In this document: piece after piece, positions 27,975-41,100 of the stretch
Layout: each line of letters opens with the position of its first letter
How positions within the stretch are numbered: the stretch's first letter is position 1
DNA from: Octopus vulgaris
Lineage: Eukaryota
Direction: 5' to 3'
Length of the DNA: 64,000 bases
Assembly (NCBI GenBank): GCA_951406725.2
Contig: OX597818.1
Span: 92,504,001 to 92,568,000 of the forward strand
Notes under the pieces: model-generated
Database searches by the model: none
What the model saw: only the letters and a program-made list of their open reading frames with translations
What the model was told of the DNA's origin: nothing
Position numbers and translations under genes: made by a program

Positions 27975-30900
27975 ATGTATATGTTTGTGTGTCTGTTTGT
28001 CCCCCACCATCAGTTAACAACCGATATTGTTGTATTTTCGTCCCCGTAGCTAAGCGGTTCGGCAAAAGAGATCGATATAAGTACTAGGATTACATGGCCG
28101 CAGTCAAATTTAACACTGTATTTCTAATATTCTTAGCACTCTAGTTATAAAGAATTATGCTTACATGTTTTTTTGTGGGGGAGGGGGTTCATGTAAAAAT
28201 TTTCCGTTTGGAAAGCAGTTTGTATACTTTACTGACCTGTTTTACAAGTAAGTGCCAACACTTTGCGAAGATTAATAAGTTTCATCCTCAGGCGGATCTC
28301 GTGAAGGTGAAGAGTAAAGGAGAACATGTCGGCAGGAAACTAGGAGAAGGAAGCTGTTCTGCAAAGGAAAATGTAATCAAAGTATCATACGTCAGAGAGA
28401 ATCTTGAGTTTTTTTTATCTAGCTATTAGTACCCGCTAGAAATTAAGAATAAATCACAGCTGTGTGTGGAAAAAATAGAAGAATGACATCACAGAGCGCG
28501 GTATACGCTTTCTGTGAGCTTAGATAAAATACAGTCGTTAACTGATCAGGACAGACAGTTTTATGAAAATTATTTTTGACTGAAAACTCGATCCGTCTGA
28601 AACTGCTAAGCGATTGATTAAAGCATTATTCTTTGTATATCCTTTCATATTCCCACACACAACTAAACCCATAAATACAAACCATCCGAGTAGCTGGTGC
28701 GCAGTTGTGGAAGCACAGCCTACAATATCTAAAATTAAGCGTTCATTTAGAAGTGTCTGTTCAAGCATTTCTACGCCTGCAAAACAATAAAGATTTAAAG
28801 GGGACACACTGTACAGATTGCAAATTTCCACTCCTCCCAACCTGCAACAGTACCTTTAAAACAAAAAATTATATCGTTTACCTGTTCTGTTTCTGGCTCA
28901 ATACTGCTCACACACACACACAAACACACGTACACACACATATGCATAATTAATCATATTCAAATCATGTTTTTAACTTAGATTACCAATCCTTAAAATT
29001 TTATAAAGTCAACCCCACTGGTGAAAAGGGTGTCCGTTCATTTATTCTTAAATCTCCAGCTTCTGAGACAGCTTAACAATTTCTTCTCTCTTTCTGTCTC
29101 TCGATAAAAATATACCTTTATTTAAACGTTCTAGAATAGACGATGCCAACCTTTGCATCACATACAGAAATCGCTGCACATGGCCCACAGCTGTTTTTTT
29201 GACATTTTAAGGAGAATTGTAAATTGTTTAGGTATTTAGAAAGCTTTGATATTTTTAATGTTCCACATTAGTTATATCATTGTTCTAGAATAAGCCACAA
29301 GCAGAGCATACCCACTCAACTTGCCGATTACTTACCTACAAGTATCTCAGAAGTGACAGAAGACCAGATAAGCAATGAGACCATTAGGAGCAAAAGATCT
29401 ATCAGATGTTTGCTCTCCAACTTCATCCGCTATTGGTCTATCGCGTTCGAGAATCCCGTTGAAAACATGATTGTTGCATTGCCTTCAGCAAAGCTTCTCA
29501 TCGTGAATGCCATTAAAGTCTCTTGACTAAGCTACTTATACTTGACGTCCATCCCTCTCTAGCATCTTGGTTATGAAGATCATTTGAAGATCTACTTTCT
29601 AACTATAAATGTTAGCATCACTCTCATACTATTGATTTTATACTTTAACGAGCTACTTCCGTTTCCCACACTCATACCATCCCGTCCATAAGAAAACCAT
29701 ATTTCTATACAAATGTTGCTCCTGTTTATTTTTTTATTTTTTTTATTTTTTGCTATTTATGACAACACACAAGTATTCCAATTGAATACCAGACACATCA
29801 AGCGTACCATGATTTAGAAAGCTCTTATATCTTAGGAAACTGCCTCATGAAAATTTGATTAAACGCATAACATTGAAAACGAAACTTTCTGCTGAAACAC
29901 TTTATCAAAATACTTAGAATTCATTTTGTTAATTAGTTTTTAAATCTAGTCTTAATGCAATAGTCTTGTGAGTTTATTTGATTGTTACATACAAACATTT
30001 GGAACACAATGAAACAATTTCAAATACATTCAAACTTCTGAAATACTGGATGTTCGGGAAAACTTTGACGACTTCTTATGTTTACTTTCGTCAAGAACAG
30101 TTTGGTGAACAGCCAACAGCGTTAGAAATTAAAGTTGTAGCTGGGAAAATGTTAGCTGATACAGGATTTGAAGGCATATGGATACTGGAAAATAGTTACT
30201 TGTATTCTAATGATTCACACTAGTTATCAAAATGTCGAAATCATGACTGCAGCCCAATGGTCTGTGAACAGTGTAAAAGTTGTAAGATATGACATGACAA
30301 TCATGAAAACCAAGATCACCCAAATTGTGATGTGTCTTCAGTGAGGGTGACATCATGCGAACCTATATTTTGGAAAAGAGCTTTAGGCTCAATTTAGACG
30401 TCTATGTGAAACTGTGGTTAATACCTGGCTGCATGGGATTGCTACTGAAAGGTCACATGTGTAACAGCAGGATTAGTCTCCTCGACATACCTCAAGAATG
30501 AATCAGACGTGGTTGTCGAAAAATCTCTACGACTTCAACAGCTCCAATTTCTGGTATCTTAATTCCTCCAATCGCAATAACATGGATTACAATGTGTATG
30601 CTACGGTACTGTTAATTATTTTTATTGAATTTTATTTTCGATTGCAGGGAAATTGATGGACATGTGACTGTTGGAGAAGTAAAGGAAAAATCACTTGCTA
30701 AAGATATTTACGAATATACCAGGGAAACAGGACAAAGTTCAGCCTCTGTTGAAGTCGAGTAATTTTATATTTTCCCAACTATTTGATATTTCCTGTAGTT
30801 TTGGAATATCTCCAAAATATTTCAATTATTATTTTTTATCGCTTTCCAGAAACCGCTTCACAAATGTCTTTGATATATCTGTTAATGTTGAACCACAAAA

Positions 30901-33900
30901 GTATATAGTTTACAACTTGACTTACCAAGAACTTCTGACACGACAGAACAATAAATACAGGCACGCCGTTCATGTGACCAATGGTGAAATTATTGATGAC
31001 TTTTTAGTTGAAATTTTCATTACTGAACCACAAGATATTATTCACGTGTCTGTACCAAAAATTACAGATAATAAATTAACGGATATTGCTGTTGACAAAG
31101 GTTGGCAAATCATTTATGATTGGTTTTTCTCTATATTTTCATTTTTCATTATCGTCATAAACTTCATTTAACCACTGCTTTTATATAATTCACAAAGTAG
31201 GTGCACTTCAAAAATACAGAAGCTATTCCTGAAAATATTTTTCTTTTTAATGCTGGGTTGAATCTAAGCATTTCTTTAGGCAGTAAATAACGATGATATA
31301 AATATCAACAGAAGTAGACGTGCAACAGTCACTAGTCTTATATCAAGTTCTATACTTGTACAACATACTACAAAGAACCACATATAGAAATAGACGGTGG
31401 AGAATTAACAGCAAGGATATAAGGCATACTATCGACGTATTAGAATTGATAATCATTCAACTTCATTGCTAAGGGTAACAGATAAGTATGATATGCCTAT
31501 GACAGCCTATATGAAACATGAGGCAACTTTTTCTGATTATTACTCATAGGTAGTACTATAGAGATGCAGTTATCAATGGTGTAAAAATTTATCTTTATTC
31601 TTGTAGAAATAAAATAAAATTCATTTAGAATAATGATGCATATCGGAATCGTACGTCATTTCGTTTACAATTTGCTAATATTATAATGTATCTGGGTTAA
31701 CATTTGGTCTCTTCCTAAAGATGATATCATTCTACAATATAATGTCCAAGTGCCCACTCTTGTACAAGTGTCTCCTTCTCCAAGTAGAATTACACTGCGC
31801 TGCAGTAAACATTTCACTGTTCTGCAACAAGCATTATATTTTCCCATATATCAAGTGTTATCTATCCTCCAGTTAACAGTCCGTTACTATACAAATATCA
31901 AATTAAATGTTATACTACCTCTTGTTATGGCACGCTCTTGTTAAACATACTCTTGATAACCACTCTCATTACATAACTACACTGGTTATCACTTATTAAG
32001 ATTGCTCTTGACATACAAAACAGTACGCTACAGTAAATTCCAAACTTAATTGTTCACATTCTGGTAGTAAGCTTAATGATTCCTCACTATATACATTAAT
32101 AGTCAAGAAAGAATAAAAGAAAATTTCGGAAGGTACAATAATACCCTACGTTCAACTGGTGCCTCAAACGGAAGTGGTTACGACAGGCAAGGAATTCTAG
32201 CCTCTGGGTGGTCTTAAAGATCTAGGAGGTACTAGTTACAATACAAACAGTAGCACGAAGTAGAGTATAAGAGGGGTATCCTGGGTGTGGCCGGTTCCTT
32301 GGACTTTAAGGAATTATGAGACGAAATACTTACAAATGAGAAGGTACTTGTTCCCTGAATACCTTCAGCTATTCAGCTCTTCACCTAGAGTTTTTTACTA
32401 CACTATCATAAAATAGATATTGTGCTGTAAACAGTTTATACCATCTCACCATCAAATGTTACGCAGTCCCTTATTGCTGACTAACTAAACTTACCCAGCC
32501 ACAGTAAACATTATTTAATTCTGCCGCTGTTCACTTTACATTATCCAACAGTAAATATGACACTGATTCGCAGTCAACATTAGATAGTCCATCAAGTCGT
32601 TTAAATTATATCTCATCAGGTTAGATGATATTGAAATAACAGGTATTTATTCAACTCTGTTATCGATATTCAAATTAAGATATTGTTTGTTTTTAAAACA
32701 GAGCTGGATTCTGCTTTAATTACGAACATCAGCAGTAGAGAGGTTTACATCAAATACAACCCAAGTCGTAAACAACAAGAAGAAATAAAGAAAGATGGCG
32801 TTGCAGGTTTACTCAGAGTGGAATATGACGTGGATCGTCAAAATAATTCAAATTTGATATACGTAAGTCATTGTTTTACATCAAATTCTCATCTTGCCAT
32901 TTAAAAGGGAATGTTATACTATAATCTTATCTTATATAAATGTGTGTGTGCGCGTCTGTGTGTGTGTATGTTAATCACCATTTAAAATTGTACCTGAGAA
33001 TGGTGAATTATATGTTTTGATGTAATTTGCGAATATATCAATAAAATTCTACTGAAACAGCTATCGTAAATTTTAAACCCATTTGTGCCTCTTGTTACAC
33101 ATATGCTTCAACTAAAACCAAACCCAGAGTTGGATCTACTAAAACTGGATTTGGTATATACATACCTACAGTATCCTATTAACACTTGATACCTCCAATT
33201 TTGTTTATCTCACTCTGTTATTTTACCCAGTCATTCCTGGCGCCCTACGTATTGATGTACATAGGTTCTATTGAATCCTACAATACGTAATTTGTGTGTG
33301 TATGTGTGTTTGTTACTCAAATTATAAGGTATTACAGATCTATTACAGCTTATATTCACAATTGATTTCGAAAGAGATATAAGATAAAGAACAGCTATGT
33401 AATACACGCGCTCTTCGAGGATGACAGGTATGGAAAAATATGATGATTACTCTCTATTGATGAAGGTGAGAAATTATCACATCTACGTTGTAGTTGCTGT
33501 GAAGAGAAGACGAAATGAAGTCACGTGAGACAATTGATCGAAGATTTGGCCCTAAAACACCTGAGTCAACTGTGATGCAGAAAGTGCCTGGTGTGTAAAT
33601 ATATGTGTAGTAGGTTTTAAAGAGTTGGCATATCTGTAGAGTTGCTGTGTGTTTAAGATGTAGAGGAAGGAATAGAGTGGGCGCACAGAATTTTAATCTT
33701 GTTTGGATGCATACGCGTATGTTTGTTATGTATGTATGTTTTGCCTACAGACCCAGTTTAATCTTCAGGACCTGATGGTAAGAGGATCGAGGGTGCAGAA
33801 CCTTGTAATCTGTATATATAAAAGGCAGGATGTGTGTGTGTGTGTGTACGTGAATGTAATTTATGCACGTCCACAAATTAGCACGCATGTCGCTCCAATT

Positions 33901-34232
33901 TTAGGAAGACATTCCTCATGAACTTAGCTGTATTTTCGTCAACTTATTTTTACCAGAGGCACCAGCGAATAGCAGTAAAAGTAAATTTTCTAACAAAACT
34001 TTTAACAATTTTCAAGTCGGAGAAATCACCATTGTTTGCAAACATGAGTTAAGTCCCCTTCTAGCGACGAGTAAGTTTTTGTTAAGACTTTGTTGGTTTT
34101 TTCCATCGAAGAAAAAGTGTTTTGTTGATATACAGGCAACACACACACACACGAACATGTATGCGTAAAAAAATATGTATGCAATAGGTGTACGTTCGTA
34201 CGTGCATGTATGTGTGTATGTGTGTGTGTTGC

Positions 34233-34271
<39 letters not shown>

Positions 34272-37200
34272 AATTTCACGGATTTCACCCAAATTTGACG
34301 TCAATGTTACTTAGTTTGGTTTGAAATAAAGAACTTGATTAGCTTAATAATCCTAACTTAATCCCGGGCAAAGCCGGCTTATACTGCTAGTTATTGTTAT
34401 ATTGAAATAAGCCTTCCCCTTCTCCAAGATTTTGCACTTCATGTTGTAATCCATGGTTATTTCCTTGCCATCAAACACTTGTCGTAGCACAGTAACCTCA
34501 AGTGGTTTGGGTGCAAGGGACATAACTTTGGAGAAATAGCTCATTCAGTTGTCTCTTAGACCCGTGTTTCCCAAATGTAGACCGAGGATCCCTGTTGGTC
34601 CTCAAAGGCAGTACTGGGGTTCCGTGAACATGTTAAGCTAACAGACCTTTCAATATCCTGGTGTCCGTGGGAAAATTCATTTAAATAAAAGAGGTCCTTG
34701 GTAGTGAAAAGATTGGGAACCATTGCCCTAGACTATGTTTCGTCATTATCTTAGCACCAACAAAATAAAAGTGTTTCTGTTATAGATAACTGTCTACCCA
34801 AAGCAGAGTGTCAGTGAAACATCTTTTAACTTTCTCAAGGTCTTTTAACTGACTGTTAGCTTAATCATAAGAGGAATAGCTGTGTCCCATGACACTTCAG
34901 TGCATGTTTGAGCGGGGTTTAACCTAGTAATAGACCTTATACTGGACTGGAATGCTTGTACATGCGTGCATTCCACTAAAGTCACCAATAGCGCCTAATC
35001 TGTGGAGGCACATAGCCTAGTGGTTAGAGCAGCGGACTGGAGGTCGAGGGATCACGGGTTCGAATTTCAGACCGGACGATGTGTGTGTTTATGAGCGAAA
35101 CACCTAAACTCCACGCAGCTCCGGCAGAAGGTAATGACGAACTTCTGCTGACTCTTTCGCCACAACTTTTTCTCACTCTTTCCTCCTGCATCTTGCAGCT
35201 CACCTGCCACGGACCGGCGTCCCGTTCAGGTGGGGAACCTATACGCCAAGGAAACCGAGAAACCGGCCCTATGAGCTAGTCATGGCTTGAGAAGGAACAA
35301 ACAACAAATAGCGGCCAATCTGGGTGCAACGTTTCTCTACATGAATTCTGAGCAGGTCTCCGTTCATAGTCGCTGTACGGGATTATATAGTTGGATGGAG
35401 CACAGAAACAAACGACCACAATGATTTATGTAATTATTTATAAAATACGTTATTATAGGAAATAAAGGGAACGAAAAAAACAAGACAGTTTCGATTCAGA
35501 GATAGGTGACTGGGAACATTGGTTTGTCTAGTACTTGAAGTGTTACGCCATAGACTACTCAAACTTAATATTCGGGTGTCAAATTTTACTGTGGGGCGAA
35601 GGATTAATATTCGCATATGAAGGCAAATTTGCGATGATCTGTTGAGACAATATTTTACTTGTTAAAAACATTACACAACTAAGCTATTAACTTCTGTGTT
35701 GTTGTAAGCGTTTTTTTTTGTTTTTTTTTTATGCGTGCATATTAGGAAAACGAAATGAGAATTGAAATACTGGGTTAAAACTGTCGTATCGATTGTTTGT
35801 TATATTTTTGGGGCGGTTTAAACATCAAGAGACAGTCATGGAGAATAGCGACAACTTCTAAAATGACGATGGTAGAAACGTGGCAGCGGCTGAGTGTTTA
35901 ACAATTAACCATTTTCATTAGATAGATAAAATCTTGAAAATTAAGCAAATAGTCGACTATAAACAGATTTATATAACAAAATCCAAAGACCTAGTACAAT
36001 AATATGTACGGTAAATTATCTTTGATCTAAGAATGCAGTGGACGTTGTTGAACACTTCCATAAGTATGTGTCTTCTGGATTAGATAAGAGAATTAATCGA
36101 AGGTTCATACTGGTATTCCAAACTGCACAGTGGGTTATCTTTTAAATTGTTGTTAACATAAATAAATCTATTTCTCTTCTGATAACAGGACTACAACTAT
36201 AATATATTTGATATGCTGTATATTGTGACTAAATATCATATCTGCTAGTAAAATCTCATACTAAATAGTTGGAATAATTTTCCATAAAATGTTATTAAAA
36301 TAAACCATCATGTTCTATTTTCTCTTCAAAATTCGCAGGCAGTTGATGGCTACTTTGTACACTTCTTCACTCCTGATTCCTTACCAAGTCTTTCAAAGCA
36401 CATCGTATTTATGCTTGATGTCAGTGCATCAATGTCTGGTCGTAAAATTGAACAAATGAGCGAAGCTATGGAAAACATCCTTGATCAACTCGACCCAGAA
36501 CTTGATAAATTTCTCATCGGTAAATTCAGTAGTGGCGTTTCGTGGATGAAGGACGAGTTTTTAATAGCAAACAATCTTAACAAAAATTTAGGCAAATATT
36601 ACATTAAGAATCTTCAAGCCACTGGAAGTAAGTTAAAAAAAAAAGTATTATATTTGTATCGAATTTTGTTTATCAGTGCTTTACAATCTATCAATATTGT
36701 TAAATTTTGCTAGATTATATTAGGGAAGAAGACGCAGGGTTAGCTTTAATTCCATTACCGTGAGTTCATGGATATATATAGTTCTTCAAATTATCGGGAA
36801 AGTTCATTTTTGTTACATACTTTTTTTTAGTCCTTAAATGATAATTTTATATTCCTTATCCAGAAGATAAGGACGAAGCTGTTTTGCTAGCTTACTTCTT
36901 TTTAACTCTCATATATATCATGTTATAATATGTTAGTGTGATTGCTGGCAGACGTTGAAGTGCCAACAGTTCCTTTTGAAGTTGTGATGAAGTTTCGTTG
37001 TATTTAGCCACAAACCAGCTTTGCAGTAGCCGTCATCAACTTACATTCCCAATCTAATAGTTTTCCTCTTCAGTATGGCATCTTTTGTCTTACACTCTAA
37101 ATATTCTTTTCTACTCTAGGCACAAAGCCCCAAATTTTTTTGGGGGGGGGGGGGGGGCAGTCGATTAGATCGACCCCAGTACGCATCTAGTACTTAATTT

Positions 37201-37445
37201 ATTGACTCCGAAAGGATGAAAGGCAAAGTCGACATCGACGAAATTTGAACCCAGAACGTAGTTACGGGCGAAATACTGCTAAGCATTCCGTCCAGCGTGG
37301 TAACAACTCTGCCAGCTCGCCACCTTCTACACTCTAAATATTGAATTAACTTTTATTCAGAATGTTAAAATGTAAGGTCACTATTTGACAATGGTCCTTC
37401 ACGTCCCTATTTTAAAGCTCTTATTACTAAGTACTACAGTCCTAA

Positions 37446-37518
<73 letters not shown>

Positions 37519-38046
37519 GAGTGAGAGAGCAGTGACACTGGAGTAAAATATACGAAGCCCAGTATACCCGTCATGACTACCCGTCTGATAAGGGTACACT
37601 AGGCACATGTATCACAATCATATGTGTTTGACATGGTGATCTCATATCAAGATAAACAGCACATGATCTTGCAGGTGGGGCCCAGTTATAATTTCTTCTG
37701 GTCGAGTAACCAATCCTGCACAAAATGTTCCTGAATAAGAGTTGTTTAAGGATGTTGAATGATACACCCATGTTTCCAGAGTTGAATTAATCCAACCCCA
37801 AAGAATCCCTCTCAACACATGGCTATGATGCTCCCCAACTACTTCTGCTCATGATCAGAGGTGCACATATCGTCAGCCACTAAGGGACATGCTCAACTGG
37901 TTAGGGTCAAACAAATGACAAGCAAATCTGTGGTATTCAGCAGAATATTTACTGTAGCCCGTCTTTTATACAAAACAATGTACATGATAACACTTCCAAT
38001 CAGTTAAGATAAGAAGACACGAGAGCCACTGCCTGGTACTGCATCA

Positions 38047-38128
<82 letters not shown>

Positions 38129-41100
38129 GAACTTTTATCTTGAACTCACATTTTGCTTAAACATTTTAAAATAGTTCCACATTTTAACATTTAATGATTA
38201 AATTCATCTTTTCATGTCAAACGATTTAGTTACGATTAACTTTGAATTATACGTCTGTGATGCTTTCCTGTAAAGTTTGTATTAATGATCCTAATTCCTT
38301 ATGAGTACAAACATTCTGTTACTTTTTTCTGAATATGTAATTTTACTGTTGTCTCAGGTACAAACATTAATGCTGCTCTCCTTCAAAGTGTAGAGAAACA
38401 TAAAGCAACTTCAACCCCTACGAAGAAAAGTATTATCGTATTTCTTACTAACGGATATCCAACAGAAGGAGTCACAAAACTCAAAGAAATCAAGAAAAAT
38501 TTCAGAGAAGTCAACGAAGAGATTTCATTATTCACCCTTTGTTTCGGAAGAAAATCTATCAATAATTTTTTTCGTGAGCTTGCCACAGAAAACGGAGGAT
38601 TTAATAGGAGGATCTACGCAGACTCTGACAGTAAACTTCAAATTGAAAATTTTTATAAAGAAATATCTAACATTTTATTAAAGGATATTACGTTTGTTTA
38701 CTTGGATGATGCTGTTAATATTAGTTCTACATCATTTAACAACTACTTCAAAGGATCAGAATTGGTTGTTTCCGGTGTTTTGCCGCAGAATAATCACTCA
38801 ACCATAAATGTGAATTTAACAATGACAAACCACTTGGGGCCAACTATGGAAAATTTGGAGCTAGAATTATATAGAGATGACTTTACTTCAGATGATGGTT
38901 TTTCGCAAAATTACAGTTTGACTAGTATTCAGTCATTTTCTGAAATTACTGAAAAGACTTATGCTTATCTCACTTTGAGACAACTTCTCATGGAAGACAA
39001 AACAAATGAAGTGCGTTATGACATTCTTAATTTAGCTCTAAAGGTGAGTAAAAAGGATATCATTATCAATTACATTTTTATTTTAATATTTTAAGAGATA
39101 ATATGGTTTATTTGTTACTAGTTATCGATATCAGTCAATGTCTGATAAATGTGCTTTTATTTTTTTACTAATTTCACTTATATTCCTGCGTTCATGTTGG
39201 GCACCTCATGAAAGTTTAATTTGGTCTGATCGACAAGAGTACTTATTTTTTAAATCTGGTAACTGTTGTATCGGACTCATTTTGCCGAACAAGTAAAATT
39301 ATGGAAACAACCTATACAAAATGAAACTGGTTGCCAAGCAGTGAGGTTGAGTTAACAGAAATAGAATTCAATACATACATACATACATACATACATACAT
39401 ACATACATACATACATACATACATACATACATACACACATACATGCATACATACATGATGAACTCTCCTGTCAAACAGGACTGTGAGTGTTCAGATTTTT
39501 GCCGAACGACCTGCACAAATTATTTGTTTTATAGCGATCAAATGAGCTGTATATTAGCTCACTCCATCCGTCAAATTGGCGTTGCCTGAATAGATGCACT
39601 GTGTACCATTTGCCAGATGTCGAAGTGATCGCAGAGAAACGTGATAAGAAGTGTTTTGCTCAAGAAAACAACGCACTAGGTCTAGGAATTAAAACCAGTT
39701 ATCACTCCTCCTCCTCGACTCTCTCGTTGCTGATACGTGATGCGAAGGAAGCCATCATTCCGACTATTACTTTCACCAAGACTAAACGGGCATATCCTGT
39801 CTCCTTAAGCGTTCAGAATAATTTTTCCATCGTCTTGACTTAACAACCCTCATCGTTTGTTTTTACTGTTTTGTTCTCCTTGTTCTGTCTTTAACTGTTT
39901 TTACTTTTTTTATTGTTTTTACTGTTTTGTTCTCACTGTTCTGTTCTTGTTACCACTTTCACCCTCCGCAAAAAGTCCCAAATTTTATTTAATTTGCTTC
40001 GCGGAAAGGACTGTTTCAATGAAGTCGCGTCTTGTCCTTACCTTCAAAACGCGGAGTAGACAAAACAGGGACAACTGAAGAAGGGGAATATTCTATATGT
40101 TTTATGTCTCGTTTTTCTGGGGGGTTTTTCTCGTTGTTTGAAAAAAGTTCATTTCTATGTTTTTGTTTTTATGTTTTCGTTTCTCATTGTGTTTAACGTT
40201 TTTTTTTTTATGTCCTGTACCCATATATGCATGTATATATACATATATATGTAAGTATGTACATATATGTATGTATATATGCATATATTTATAAATTATT
40301 TACATTATAAAATATACAATGTCGGTTATAAAATATAATGATATAAGTCACTAGTTAGTACTCTCCTCTGATATTTCAATATTTCAAGATAAGCACCCCT
40401 TCTTCAGAAAATTTACGAGAAAAGGTGTGGAAAGCCAACATCTCTGCTCTGTAGTATGTGTGTATTATTTTTGTTCAATAAAAAGTTACAAAAGCAAAAA
40501 TCATTACTCGCGGTCCAAGATTTTGCGCATTTCATTTAGTCCCATGCAGGAAACTAACTGCTTTTGAGTCCCTGTTACATACATACATACACACATACAT
40601 ACATACATACATACATACATACATACATACATACATACATACATACATACATACATAAGACTGTGGCCTAGATCATAATTTCGATACGCGGATCGGGCGG
40701 CGCTTTTCGACATCTGACGTGTGGCACATCTGTGCACCCTTAGAAGCAGTGTCGATTTGATAGAGAGTGTGTGCTTATGTGAATACAAATATTTGAGCGC
40801 TATAAACAAACCATCTGTGTGGTGGTTTAGCAAGAGACTACAGAACACTCATCTGTCACCATGAGTTTGCGCGCGCGCGTGTGTTTGTAGAGATGAACAA
40901 ATATCATGGATCAACTGGGAAGCGGAAAGGCAACTAGGGTGGATGGCGCAGCACTGCACTCTTAACTTTACAAGCTTTTTGTCTGTTGTTGGGAGCAGGG
41001 AAAGTTACCACAGAATTTCCGCGATGCTGTCATCATTATTCTGTATAAAAACAAGAGAGAAGTATCTACTCCAGCCACAAGGTTATAAGCTATCTCTCCA

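Noticed and set aside
21505-32862. Two separate tandem ITIH genes
   Set aside because: No second signal exon or vWA exon is seen between the modules, and the phases join seamlessly.
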